64,000 nucleotides of DNA, taken from NCBI GenBank assembly GCA_965248695.1, contig CBDFKD010000002.1, positions 5,376,001 to 5,440,000 on the forward strand, given 5' to 3'. The DNA comes from Acidobacteriota bacterium. GTDB lineage: Bacteria > Acidobacteriota > UBA890 > WLXD01. The notes beneath the pieces are model-generated. The model was not told where the DNA came from and did no database searches. It was given only the letters and a program-made list of their open reading frames with translations. Every line of letters begins with the position of its first letter. The first letter of the stretch is position 1. This document shows positions 30,147 to 40,569 of this stretch, in pieces. Made by a program: the position numbers and the translations under genes.

Positions 30147-30943
30147 CCCGCCCCTCCTGCCGCCTCCTGCGCCGAGGTGCTGATCCGCACCGCGGTGGTA
30201 AGCAGTTGGGTGTGACCCACCATGCGATGAGCCGGACGCGTCTTCCCGGGCCGAGCGAGGATTTCTCGTACCAGGACCTCCACTGTTTCGACCATGCCGA
30301 AACCGTGCTCCGGCAGCGCCCCGGCGAGCCGCTCGACCTGGTTGAAGGTTGGTGTGCCGGCCGCGAACCTGCCGCTGCCGCGCAACGATGCGGCAATCGC
30401 AGCGAGCTCGACCCAGGGCTCGGGCACGTCTGTGAAAACGGCGTCGACGTCGGGCTCCAGCTCATCGCCCGCCTGTCGCAGACGGAAGTCGAGCCCCTCT
30501 TCGATACCAGCTGCCGTGGTGTTGTCGCGCGCGAGCTCCAGGAACTCAGGCCGGCGGTCGTAGGAGTACACCATTCCGCCGGGTGCCACCGCCTCTGACA
30601 GGGCAATGGTCATCGCCCCCGATCCCGAGCCGATCTCGATCACTCTGGCGCCGGCGCGCAGGTCGAGCGCTGCGACGAGGAACGCGACGTCCTTCGGATA
30701 CATGATGTTGGTGCGCCGGTGCACCTTCATCATGCGGTCGATCCACCGAGGTCGAAGAAGCAGGAGGCTCGCCCCGGTGTTGGTCAACAGCACGTCTCCC
30801 CACGCCCGCCCGATAACGTCATCGTGCTCCATGGCCCCCTTGTGCGTGGAGTGTCGCTGGCCGGTTTGCAGGCGCAACAGGAACGTCTTTCCGTCCTCGA
30901 GCGTGACGAGCACCTGATCGCCAGGACGGATCGTGTCGGTCAA
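30143..30943 (-). CDS. trmI: tRNA (adenine-58-N1) methyltransferase
   Basis: IMYPKD, EIGSGSGA, DVPEPW, RP.HRMVGHT. Confidence 0.9.
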   Translation of the reverse strand: MTDTIRPGDQVLVTLEDGKTFLLRLQTGQRHSTHKGAMEHDDVIGRAWGDVLLTNTGASLLLLRPRWIDRMMKVHRRTNIMYPKDVAFLVAALDLRAGARVIEIGSGSGAMTIALSEAVAPGGMVYSYDRRPEFLELARDNTTAAGIEEGLDFRLRQAGDELEPDVDAVFTDVPEPWVELAAIAASLRGSGRFAAGTPTFNQVERLAGALPEHGFGMVETVEVLVREILARPGKTRPAHRMVGHTQLLTTAVRISTSAQEAAGGAG

Positions 30944-31139
30944 AGCTGGAGGCTCCTGAGACGGTCGGTATCCCGTACGCGGGAGAAGCGGTCGCGGCGC
31001 GAGAAGGCCGCGGCGCGCGCACCGAGAAGGCGGTGCGGCGGCTACTGTAGCATGCAGGTTCGGCGCCCCAAGAGGCCCTCGCGATCGCGACGCCGAGTGC
31101 TATGCTCGAGTACCCTCGTCACCCGATCCGGAGATTGGC

Positions 31140-32414
31140 ATGCCCGACCTGGTCGCCCCCCTCGGCGGCCTGATTCTGCTGCTCGGCTTGTCCGGCTTCT
31201 TCTCCAGCGCCGAGACCGCGCTAATGGCCGTCAGCCGATATCGGTTGCGCTATCTCGAGCGGCGCGGGGTGCGGAACGCCGATGTCGTGCGGCGCCTGAT
31301 CGAGTCGCCCGAAGGGCTTCTCGCTGCCATCCTGCTGGGCAACAACTTCGTCAACATCGCCGCCTCGGCCCTGGCGACGGCGATCGCCATCCAGGCCGTC
31401 GGTGACAACGGCATCTGGGCCGCCACGGTTGTGATGACGGCGGCGATCCTCATCTTCTCGGAGATCGCACCGAAGACCATCGCGGCCCGCAATCCGGAAC
31501 GGTTGGCGTTGATCGTGGCGCGACCGATTCAACTGACGGTGCGACTCTTGCGTCCGTTCGCCAGCTCAGCGGCCGCCGTCGCTGGTCTGGTGATCCGCCC
31601 GTTGGTGGGCCCGGCGACCGGCGTTCCGGTGGTCTCCGAGGAGGACATCAAGGGCATGCTGGAGCTCGGCGAGGAAGAACGTGTCATTGCGCGCGAGAAA
31701 CGGCGCATGTTGTCGAGCATCTTCAGCCTTACGGAGACCACTATCGAAGACGTGCTGATTCCGCGCACGCAGGTGAAGTCGATAGCCATCGACGCTACGC
31801 CGGTGGAGGTGCTGGAGGCGATCCGTGAATCCGGGGCGACCCGCCTCCCCGTGTATCGCGGCAGCCTCGACGACGTGGTCGGCATGCTGCATTCGAAGGA
31901 TGTTTTTCAGTACTGGGAACGCATCGGTGACCTCGACATCGAAGCGATCATGCGCAAACCGGTCTACGTCCCGGAAACGGCAACTCTCGAGACGCTGCTG
32001 CGCCTGTTCCGTCACCATCGCCAGCACATGGCCCTGGTCATCGACGAGTACGGTGGGGTGGAGGGCATCGTCTCGCTGGAGGACCTGCTCGAGGAGATCG
32101 TCGGCGACATCGAAGACGAGCACGACGAGCCACAGCAACCCCAGCTCATGGAGGTCGACGATGGCAGCCTGCTGGTCGAAGGCACCTGCCCGATCAGCTT
32201 GTTGAATCGCCGCTACGACCTGAGCCTCAGCGCCCGCGACAGCACGACGCTGGCCGGCCTGTTGATGGAGTGGAGCGGTGATATCCCGCAGCCCGGTGTG
32301 CGCCTGACCCACGGTGACCTGACGTTCAATATCCGGCGGGCGAGCCGAAATCGAATCGACCTCGTCCGCATCGAGGGCCTGGGCGACGGCGACGACGAGC
32401 GGCACGACAGCTGA
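31140..32414 (+). CDS. HlyC/CorC (CNNM + CBS) transporter
   Basis: [19 protein letters not shown] pair, DEYGG, CorC C-terminal domain. Confidence 0.92.
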   Translation: MPDLVAPLGGLILLLGLSGFFSSAETALMAVSRYRLRYLERRGVRNADVVRRLIESPEGLLAAILLGNNFVNIAASALATAIAIQAVGDNGIWAATVVMTAAILIFSEIAPKTIAARNPERLALIVARPIQLTVRLLRPFASSAAAVAGLVIRPLVGPATGVPVVSEEDIKGMLELGEEERVIAREKRRMLSSIFSLTETTIEDVLIPRTQVKSIAIDATPVEVLEAIRESGATRLPVYRGSLDDVVGMLHSKDVFQYWERIGDLDIEAIMRKPVYVPETATLETLLRLFRHHRQHMALVIDEYGGVEGIVSLEDLLEEIVGDIEDEHDEPQQPQLMEVDDGSLLVEGTCPISLLNRRYDLSLSARDSTTLAGLLMEWSGDIPQPGVRLTHGDLTFNIRRASRNRIDLVRIEGLGDGDDERHDS

Positions 32415-32453
32415 CGGTCGGCGATCTCGCCGCCGAGCGGACCCACTCTGCGC

Positions 32454-33668
32454 TCAGAACAACGACACTTCTACCGCCGATGCCGCCGGCACGACGGTGA
32501 CCTCCGGTCCGATCTCGATCCACCCGCTCGCCTGCGCCATGCTGCTGACAGCGCTGGAGAACGTGAACGACGGCGTCGCGACGTTGCCTTCCACGAGGAC
32601 CGGCATCAGATGCGTCATGCCGGAAGGCGACCGAACCTCCTCCCCCAGCTCACAGCTCCGCGTCGGGCGCGCCGTCGCTCGGTGAGCCATGCGGCGCACT
32701 AGCGGATCGACGAGTGCATACGCCTGCATCATGCAGGTGGTCGGAAACCCCGGCAGCCCGATGACGGCCCTACCGGCAGCCCGACCGACCAGGAGCGGCT
32801 TCCCGGGGCGCACGGCAACGCCGTGAACGCGGACCTCCCCCAGGTCGCCGACCACGTCCGCCACGAGATCACGCCGACCCACCGATGTGCCTCCGATCGT
32901 GACCACCAGATCAAACCCCGGGCGTTGCATGACTTCGGCGAGCGCGTCGCGGCGGTCGACGACGATGTCGGCACGTTCAACCATCGCCCCGGCTCCGGTG
33001 AGCAGCGCCTGCAAGCCGGCCGCATTGGAGTCGTATACCTGCCCGGGCTCGAGCTCGGTACCGAGCGGCACCACCTCGTCACCGGTCGGCGTGACCAGTA
33101 CCCGCGGCCGCTCCCAAGCCTCGATCTCCTGCACACCGCCGGCAACGCAAGCGGCCAGGAACGCGGCGTGCACGACCTGACCCGGCACACCGATCGGTCG
33201 TCCGGCCTTCAGATCCTCGCCGCGGCGTGACACGTGTTGTCCTGGTTCGACGGCCGACGACAGGCAGACGGCATCGCCGTCTCGGCTGGTGCGCTCTACC
33301 GGAATTACCGCGTCGACGCCGTGCGGCACCGGCGCGCCGGTGGCGATCTCGACACAGGTACCCGGCTCCACATCGAAATCCGCCGGCTGGCCGGCGGCAA
33401 TCCGGGCGACGCATCGCAGCACCGCGCCGGCGCTGTCACAGTCAGCGGCACGCAGCGCGAACCCATCCATCGCCGCTCGGTCGGCGGTCGGAACGTCGGT
33501 AACGGCCACCGCGTCGGCCGCCAGAACTCGGCCCACTGCGTCGGCGAGCGCGACGTGCTCGGTCCGGTCAACCGGCACGGCCAGGTCCATCGCGGCAGCT
33601 CGAACCTCCGCGTAGCTTGTCAGGTCGGCGAAGGGTCGCATCCCCGTGCGATCGGTCCGGGCACTCAT
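32454..33668 (-). CDS. moeA: Molybdopterin molybdenumtransferase MoeA
   Basis: AMDGFA, IATGAP, TGDE, GGTSVG, RPGKP, LPG.P. Confidence 0.92.
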   Translation of the reverse strand: MSARTDRTGMRPFADLTSYAEVRAAAMDLAVPVDRTEHVALADAVGRVLAADAVAVTDVPTADRAAMDGFALRAADCDSAGAVLRCVARIAAGQPADFDVEPGTCVEIATGAPVPHGVDAVIPVERTSRDGDAVCLSSAVEPGQHVSRRGEDLKAGRPIGVPGQVVHAAFLAACVAGGVQEIEAWERPRVLVTPTGDEVVPLGTELEPGQVYDSNAAGLQALLTGAGAMVERADIVVDRRDALAEVMQRPGFDLVVTIGGTSVGRRDLVADVVGDLGEVRVHGVAVRPGKPLLVGRAAGRAVIGLPGFPTTCMMQAYALVDPLVRRMAHRATARPTRSCELGEEVRSPSGMTHLMPVLVEGNVATPSFTFSSAVSSMAQASGWIEIGPEVTVVPAASAVEVSLF

Positions 33669-33702
33669 CGGGCCGCAGTTTAGCAGGTTAGACTCCGCCA
33701 TC

Positions 33703-34836
33703 ATGGAAGCTCGCGCGCGCTTGACGGCGGCCATTCGCGAGGCCGCCAGCGACGAAGGATTCGACCGCTGTGCCGCGGCGCCCCTTGTCGTTCTCGAGGC
33801 CGTTCCACGACTACGAGAGTGGCTGCGCCGGGGCCACCACGGCGAGATGGGCTGGCTGGAACGCAACCTCGAACGCCGGTGCGATCCGAGTGTCGTCGTC
33901 CCCGGGGCGCGCTCGGTCGTCATGCTGGCGCGCGACTATCACACCGGCCACGAGGCCACCGAAGACCCCAGCCTGGGCCGCCTCTCGCGTTACGCCTGGG
34001 GCGACGAGTACCACGAGGTACTTGGCGCTGCCGTGCGACGCCTATACGAGCGCATCCGAACCCTGTGCCCGGAGGCCGCGGGACGCTACTACGTCGACAC
34101 CGGGCCGGTGATGGAGAAAGCCTGGGCGGAGCTCGCCGGCCTCGGCTGGATCGGCAAACACACGAACCTGCTCGGCACGCGTTCCGGCTCCTGGTTTTTC
34201 CTGGCGGCAATCATCCTGGACGTCGAGCTCGACTACGGTGTCCCTGAGCGCGACCACTGCGGTACCTGTCGGGCCTGTATCGACGTCTGCCCGACGGACG
34301 CGATCGTAGCGCCGTACGTGCTCGACGCGCGGCGCTGCATCTCCTACCTGACGATCGAGCACCGAGGGCCGATTCCGCGTCCGCTGCGATCGCCGATCGG
34401 CAACCGTATCTTCGGCTGCGACGATTGCCAGGACGTATGCCCCTGGAACCGTTACGCACGCGTTACGGATGATGCAACGTTCGCGCCCCGTCGCGAGAAC
34501 CAGGCACCGCTCCTCCACGAGCTCATGCGCCTCGACGCCGACGGCTTCCGTGCACGCTTCCGACACAGTCCGGTACGCCGCGCAAAGTACGCGGGATTTC
34601 TACGCAACGTCGCCATAGCGCTCGGCAACTCGGGCGATGTGGAAGCCGCACCGGTGCTCGCGGAGCGTCTCGGTGACGACGAGGCGCTGGTGCGCGGCCA
34701 TTGTGCCTGGGCTCTGGGCAAGATCGGTGGTCCGGTAGCGCGGGACGCGCTGGATGCGGCGTTGGCGGTGGAGCGCGATGCGTGGGTCAAGGAAGAGATC
34801 GAACTGGCGTTGGAGTCGCCCAGCGACGCGGCCTAG
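33703..34836 (+). CDS. queG: Epoxyqueuosine reductase
   Basis: RYAWG..YH, VDTGPVMEK, GWIGK, CGTC..C...CP, GCD.CQ.VCPWN, HEAT repeats. Confidence 0.95.
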   Translation: MEARARLTAAIREAASDEGFDRCAAAPLVVLEAVPRLREWLRRGHHGEMGWLERNLERRCDPSVVVPGARSVVMLARDYHTGHEATEDPSLGRLSRYAWGDEYHEVLGAAVRRLYERIRTLCPEAAGRYYVDTGPVMEKAWAELAGLGWIGKHTNLLGTRSGSWFFLAAIILDVELDYGVPERDHCGTCRACIDVCPTDAIVAPYVLDARRCISYLTIEHRGPIPRPLRSPIGNRIFGCDDCQDVCPWNRYARVTDDATFAPRRENQAPLLHELMRLDADGFRARFRHSPVRRAKYAGFLRNVAIALGNSGDVEAAPVLAERLGDDEALVRGHCAWALGKIGGPVARDALDAALAVERDAWVKEEIELALESPSDAA

Positions 34837-34892
34837 CGGAGCGAGTCCGAACCACCCGGCCGACCGTCATGGATGCGCTTGTGTGGCATTCT

Positions 34893-35083
34893 CTAGCAGG
34901 CCGTGGTGGAAGTGTGGCGGGCCTGGCGACAGGGTCTTGCGAGGCGGAGGCAAGGAGAGAGGAGGAGGCGATGGTCACCCCATCGTTGACGACGAACGAC
35001 GCAGCATACGCGCGCAATCCCCTGTCGCCCGGAGGGTTACGGCGAGTAACCAGACCCACCACACTTCCACCACGGCCTGCTAG
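34893..35083. mobile_element. MITE-like element, 191 bp, 34-bp terminal inverted repeats bounded by CTAG
   Basis: Left CTAGCAGGCCGTGGTGGAAGTGTGGCGGGCCTGG matches the reverse complement of the right end with 2 mismatches; internal IR GGCGACAGGG/CCCTGTCGCC; no transposase. Confidence 0.75.
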
Positions 35084-35101
35084 GCTGCACAAGGAGGTTC
35101 G

Positions 35102-35959
35102 ATGGGGCTCATCAGCAAGGTCCGTTTCGCCGGCACCGCGACGCTGGCCGTCGTTGGCCTGCTCGCTTGGACGCACGAGCCGCCGCCCACGCTCGTCTAC
35201 CCCGTCGATCTGGTCCCGGCGGTCGACGGCTGGGTGGTCGCCGACTTCAAAGCGCACGGCTTGTTGAAACTGGCATCCACAGGTGAGATCGACCCCATCT
35301 ATCAGGGGTCAGGGATGCCGCGCTCGCCGCTGTACGGCACCCGGTCGGTCCTTCCCTCCCCCGATGGGGACGGCTGGATCGTCGCCGACCCCGGAACCTT
35401 CGGGCTCTACCGGGTCAGCTCCGACGGCGAGCTGTCGACGCTCACGACCGAGCTCGACATCCCGCAGGGCCTGGCGCGTTTCGATGATCAGTCGCTCCTG
35501 GTATCGGATCTTCGTAGCGGCATCGGCGCCGTGCACCGCGTCACCCTCGATGGTCGGGTCACGGTGTTCGCCGAGATCGAGAGTCCCAAGGGAATCGTCG
35601 CCGATGGTGACGACGCCTTCGCTGTCGTGTCGCACGGAGAACGCGCCGTGTTCCGTATTACGCGAGCCGGCCGGGTATCGACGATCGCGGCCGGTGAGCC
35701 GTTCGATTTCCCGCACGATCTCGTACGCGATCCGGATGGCAGCTTCGTGGTGACCGACGGCTATGCGGCCGCCCTTTTTCGCGTGTCTACCGAGGGGACG
35801 GTCAGTGTTCTGGCTCAGGGACCCCCGCTGATCAACCCGCAAGGGATCGTGCGCGACAACGATGGGTACGTGGTCGTGGATCCCCAGGCCGGGGCCGTCT
35901 TCCGGGTCTCGATGGACGGCGTGGTGACGAGCATCTTCACGGTGACCGCCACACCGTGA
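35102..35959 (+). CDS. Secreted NHL-repeat beta-propeller protein
   Basis: AAGGAGG RBS, signal/TM segment, repeated P.G/D.....G...V.D blades. Confidence 0.8.
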   Translation: MGLISKVRFAGTATLAVVGLLAWTHEPPPTLVYPVDLVPAVDGWVVADFKAHGLLKLASTGEIDPIYQGSGMPRSPLYGTRSVLPSPDGDGWIVADPGTFGLYRVSSDGELSTLTTELDIPQGLARFDDQSLLVSDLRSGIGAVHRVTLDGRVTVFAEIESPKGIVADGDDAFAVVSHGERAVFRITRAGRVSTIAAGEPFDFPHDLVRDPDGSFVVTDGYAAALFRVSTEGTVSVLAQGPPLINPQGIVRDNDGYVVVDPQAGAVFRVSMDGVVTSIFTVTATP

Positions 35960-36032
35960 CTTGCTCCACCCTGACCGCCGAGTAGCGCCACAGTCCGATG
36001 CCCGCCAGTCGGCGCTCGAGCAGCACCACGCG

Positions 36033-36593
36033 TCAGCCGGTTATCGCCTCGTAGATCGCCGCGCCCTTGGACCGCAGCTCTTCGTCTGACAGCCCTTCGA
36101 GCTCGTGCGGGAACACGATCCATTCGTCGGTCTCCACCTGCCAGTAGTCCGGCACGATGTTCGTTTCGTTGCGCAGTGGCTTGTAGTAGACGGTCGCGAC
36201 GCGCATCTCGGGCGAGTTCAGACGAGCTCGCTGGCGGATCTCCTCGAGGATGGCCGCCATCGTGTGTCCGGTATCGAACACGTCATCGATCAGCAGTAGT
36301 CGGTGATCGGCCTCCAGCACGTCGATGATGTGGTCCACCCCCTTGATCTCCACGCCCGCGTCGCCGCGCTGCATCCCCTGGTAGGACTGGGTCTTGATCG
36401 TCGTGTGGTAGGGATCGAGACCGCGCAACCGAAAGTACTCGTGAATCAGGATTCCGGGCGGCGTACCGCCGCGCCAGATGCCGACGAGAAAGTCCGGTCG
36501 AAATCCGTCGTCCCAGATCTCGCGCGCCAGACGCACCGACTCCAGCAGGAGCGTTCGGGCATCGATGAAGATCTTCGGAATCGGCTCGCCCAA
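36033..36593 (-). CDS. Purine phosphoribosyltransferase-like protein
   Basis: WRGG, LLIDDVFDTGHT PRPP loop, WIVFPHE. Confidence 0.88.
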   Translation of the reverse strand: MGEPIPKIFIDARTLLLESVRLAREIWDDGFRPDFLVGIWRGGTPPGILIHEYFRLRGLDPYHTTIKTQSYQGMQRGDAGVEIKGVDHIIDVLEADHRLLLIDDVFDTGHTMAAILEEIRQRARLNSPEMRVATVYYKPLRNETNIVPDYWQVETDEWIVFPHELEGLSDEELRSKGAAIYEAITG

Positions 36594-36936
36594 GACGTCG
36601 GGCTCCGCTGTGCGGGGGCTGACCAGATGCGGAACGGTAGCAGGTTTGTGGGCCCGCGGCAGCGGTGGTTGACGGCCGCCATAGGCGTCGATAGGCTGAC
36701 CGCTTCAGGGGCCTCCTCGGGTACGTGCGGTGGGCGCGTAGATCGGGGCGAGCATGGGGGCTCGGGGGTTCTTCCTCGCACCATCGCTAGCCCGATCTGT
36801 TGCCGTGCATCCGGGGTTCGATCGCATGGAGAGGGCTGTAATGGGGTTCATCGGGCACCAGTTTATCCAGCAGGTTCGTAGCTTCTCCGACGAGATGGTG
36901 CGCTACTCGTCTAACCATCTCGACATCGAGTCGGGC

Positions 36937-38277
36937 GTGCCGCGAGGACTGAGTCTGTCCAGCGTCGATGACGTAATGGGCTTCGTCCGCGAACACGAGA
37001 TCACCTCTATTCGCCTGTGGTTCACCGACATTCTCGGCTTCCTCAAGACCTTCGAGATCACCCAACACGAGCTCGCCGGCGCGTTCGAAGAAGGCATGGG
37101 GTTCGACGGCTCGTCGATTCACGGGTACCAGCGAATTCAGGAGAGCGACATGATTGCCGTTCCCGTTCCGGAGACCGCTCAGTTCATCCCGTTCCAGATC
37201 GGCCCGTCGCGTTGCATCCGCATGTACGCCGAGGTGCGCAATCCGAACGGCGATCCATACGCCGGCGATCCCCGGAACATCCTCAAGCGCCAGCTGGACC
37301 GTCTCACCGAGCACGGTTTCTCACACATGAACATCGGCCCGGAGGCGGAGTACTTCTACTTCAGCGACGGGGTCTCCACCGATGGCCTCGACCAGGCGGG
37401 CTACTTCGATCTGGTTCCCACGGATGCTGGCGACGATCTTCGTGAGGCGACCGTTTTCGCGCTCGAGGCCATGGGCATCCAAGTGGAGTACACGCACCAC
37501 GAGGTTGCACCCTCGCAACACGAGATCGATCTGAAGTACGACCGCGCGTTGGATATGGCCGACAAGCTGCAAACGTACAAATGGTTAGTAAAGGAAGTCG
37601 CACGCCGCAATGGCGTACACGCCACCTTCATGCCCAAGCCGCTGATGGGCGAGAACGGCAGCGGCATGCATACCCACCTGTCGATCTTCGACGGCGACAA
37701 CAATGCGTTCTACTCGGCGGACGACGAGCATCACCTGTCGGCGACGGCGAAGCATTTCCTGGCCGGAGTTCTGGCCCATGCAAAGGAAATCTGTCTGCTA
37801 ACCAACCAGTGGTACAACTCGTACAAGCGGCTCGTTCCGGGCTACGAAGCGCCGGTGTACATTGCCTGGGCGGAGCGCAACCGTTCGGCTCTCGTCCGGA
37901 TCCCGCAATACAAGCCGGGCAAGGAAGTGGCGACGCGGATCGAGCTTCGCTTCCCGGACGCCGCGTGCAATCCGTATCTGGCGTTCGCGAGCATGCTTGC
38001 CGCCGGCCTGGACGGTGTGGAGCGCGAGCTTCCACTGCGCGACCCGAGCCCCGAGGATCTCTACCACCTGTCCGCCGTAGATCGTGTGGAGAAGGGCATC
38101 GATGCACTGCCGCACGATCTGTTCGACGCCGTCGAGGCGGCGCGGGAATCCGAGCTCCTGCGCGAGACCCTGGGATCGCAGGTGGTGGACAAGCTGGTCG
38201 AGACCAAGATCGACGAGTACGACGGCTACCGCCTGCACGTTTCCAATCGCGAGCTCGAAGAGAGCCTCAAACTCTAG
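36937..38277 (+). CDS. glnA: Glutamine synthetase type I
   Basis: FDGSS, HHEVAPSQHEI, ATFMPKP..GENGSGMH, SYKRLVPGYEAP, NRS; start approximate. Confidence 0.95.
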   Translation: MPRGLSLSSVDDVMGFVREHEITSIRLWFTDILGFLKTFEITQHELAGAFEEGMGFDGSSIHGYQRIQESDMIAVPVPETAQFIPFQIGPSRCIRMYAEVRNPNGDPYAGDPRNILKRQLDRLTEHGFSHMNIGPEAEYFYFSDGVSTDGLDQAGYFDLVPTDAGDDLREATVFALEAMGIQVEYTHHEVAPSQHEIDLKYDRALDMADKLQTYKWLVKEVARRNGVHATFMPKPLMGENGSGMHTHLSIFDGDNNAFYSADDEHHLSATAKHFLAGVLAHAKEICLLTNQWYNSYKRLVPGYEAPVYIAWAERNRSALVRIPQYKPGKEVATRIELRFPDAACNPYLAFASMLAAGLDGVERELPLRDPSPEDLYHLSAVDRVEKGIDALPHDLFDAVEAARESELLRETLGSQVVDKLVETKIDEYDGYRLHVSNRELEESLKL

Positions 38278-38335
38278 TGGCCCGTAAGCGGGCACGAGTG
38301 CCCGGCAGCCGGGAGGCAAGGACACGGGACCTCCG

Positions 38336-39037
38336 GTGAGAAGAGCGGCAGCGGTCGGCAGCTACGTCGGGATCATGGTCTTCGTGGCGCTGGCCTACGA
38401 GACGTACACGGGAAGCCTCGATGCCGCGACGTTCCTGCCCATCGTCGGTTTCTACCTGGCGACATCGGGCATCATAACGGCGTTCGCGGTCTGGACTGCC
38501 GGCGAAGTCGGCTTGCCGAGCTTGCTGATCCTGTCGGAGTTGCCGGTGCGGACGCGATGGACACGCTGGGCGATCTACGGCGTGGGTGTCGGATTGCTGC
38601 TGTGGATCGGCAACATCGTGCTTTCCGGTGGCGGCGGTGAGGCTCTCCGCCCATGGTTCTGGCGCCGCATCCAGACACCTTTGGGGACCGTCCTGTTCTC
38701 GGCGCGCGCAGCGCTGCTCGAAGAAACGTTCTTCCGTCTCTTCATGATCCCCTTCCTCGTGTCCATCGTCATGCGCATGCGACCGCCACAGTACCGACTC
38801 CGCCTGCAGGGAGGCGCCGCGCGAGCGATCACGAGCAAGCCCGAGCCGAGTCGTTGGTTGATCGCATCCGCGACGCTGATCTCGTCGGTCCTGTTCGGCC
38901 TGGCGCATCCCTTCAGCCCGGTGCCGGCAATGCTGCTAGCTCCGCTGCTGGCTGTCAGCTACCTACGAGGTGGCTGGGAATCGGCCGTCACGGCGCACTT
39001 CATCGCCAACGTGATCGTCTTTTCGGTGTACTTCTGA
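38336..39037 (+). CDS. CPBP/CAAX family intramembrane protease
   Basis: EETFFR, FGLAH, AHFIAN motifs with TM segments. Confidence 0.85.
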   Translation: MRRAAAVGSYVGIMVFVALAYETYTGSLDAATFLPIVGFYLATSGIITAFAVWTAGEVGLPSLLILSELPVRTRWTRWAIYGVGVGLLLWIGNIVLSGGGGEALRPWFWRRIQTPLGTVLFSARAALLEETFFRLFMIPFLVSIVMRMRPPQYRLRLQGGAARAITSKPEPSRWLIASATLISSVLFGLAHPFSPVPAMLLAPLLAVSYLRGGWESAVTAHFIANVIVFSVYF

Positions 39038-39106
39038 CGGGCTCCGAAACCGTCTCCCCGAGTCCGCGTATAGAGTATCGACGCTGCCACACAAGAGGAG
39101 GAGATC

Positions 39107-39430
39107 GTGGAGATCATCGGAGCGCTGCTGGGGCTGGTCGTTGCGGTCGCGGTCGGAGGCGTGCTCGTCGTTCTCCTCGGTCTGTTGCTGTTGCCGCTGA
39201 TCCTGCTTCTGAAGCTCATCGGGTTCGGCGCCAAGGTGGCCTTTTCGACCGTCGGGTGGGTGCTCGGTGGGCTGTTGTTACTGCCCCTGATGGTGCTGCT
39301 GCTGCCAGTTATCCTCCTGGTCGGCGGCCTGCTGCTGCTGAAGCTCCTGATCCTGGCGGTCCCGTTGCTCTTCCTGGCGCTGGTGGTTTGGGCCCTCGTG
39401 ACGATGGTCCGCAGGCCGGCGACCGCGTAA
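39107..39430 (+). CDS. Small Leu-rich membrane protein
   Basis: Strong GAGGAGG RBS before GTG; almost entirely hydrophobic. Confidence 0.7.
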   Translation: MEIIGALLGLVVAVAVGGVLVVLLGLLLLPLILLLKLIGFGAKVAFSTVGWVLGGLLLLPLMVLLLPVILLVGGLLLLKLLILAVPLLFLALVVWALVTMVRRPATA

Positions 39431-39493
39431 CCGGCGCCGAGGGCGACCGCGGACGCGACCGCTTCGAGCAACACTGATCCGCCGCGACGCGGC

Positions 39494-40493
39494 TCAGGTA
39501 GCTTCGGCGAGCCCGGTCAGACGTGCCAGAGCGCGGCGGACGTTGACGCGCGTTACCTGCTTGCGCCAGTAGTACATCAGATCGACATTATCGAGCGGAG
39601 TAGCGCGCTCGTACGCCGCCTCGGCAACCTCGGCGAGCAACTCGGCGTTCGGCTCTTTGCCCTCGAGCAGCTCCCCTGCTTCCGGCACCGCGACCGGGTG
39701 CGTATGCACCGCGCCGAGAACCAAGCGAGCATCCCGCACGGCTCCATCGACCATGGACAGGGCTGCGCCCACGCCGAGAATCGGGAAGTCGAAGCTGCCG
39801 CGCCGGCGCACCTTCAGATAGGTGCTGCGCAGCTCCGCGACCGCAGCCGGCACGCGCACCGCGGTCACGATCTCGCCCGGCTGCCGGGTCAAGTACTCGA
39901 TGCCGTCGTCCTGGTAGAGGGCCCCCAACGCCAGCGTTCGAGATCCGGCCGGTCCGACCAGCTCCACCGTCGCCCCGAGGGCCATGAGCAGCGGCGCCGT
40001 GTCGCTCGAGGACACCGCCCAGCACTTGCTGGAGCCGGGGGCGACGAGGCATATGTCGCCGTCCTTCTTCAGGCAGAAGCCGATGGCGCGGCGCCACTCG
40101 TATGTTTTGGTTGTAGTAGTTACAGCGGGTGTCGACGCACAGGTTGCCGCCCAGAGTGCCCATGCGTTGGACCTGCAAGTTGGCGACCTGCGCCGCCGCC
40201 TCGGCGAGACCGGCGCAATGCAGGCGCACACGGGCGTCATCGGCCAGCTGACGCAGGGTCACTCCGGCTCCTAGAAGCAGCGCGCCGTCGGGCTGTGGCT
40301 CGATCGTGCGCATCTCGTCGATGCGCCGGATACCGATGAGCACCGGCGGCTCGAACTGGCGGCGCTTCATGTTCGGCAACAAGTCCGTGCCCCCGGCGAC
40401 GTACATGGCGCGGCCGTCCGCGTTGGACCACAGGTCGACCGCCTCGGCCACCGTGCGCGCGGCGTGATACTCGAACGGCGGCAGACGCAGCAC
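39494..40493 (-). pseudogene. hcrB: HcrB-like FAD/[4Fe-4S] subunit, frameshifted near 40105-40108
   Basis: AGGTDLLPNMK and TLGGNL in one frame; YEWRRAIGFCLKK...FDFP in another; removing one base of the T4 run restores NQTYEW. Confidence 0.8.
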
Positions 40494-40569
40494 TTCTAGG
40501 ATCCGGCGGCGCAGGTGGACGGCATATCAGCCCGACCCGCCACGTGATCGAGGCGACTCGACACGCCCC

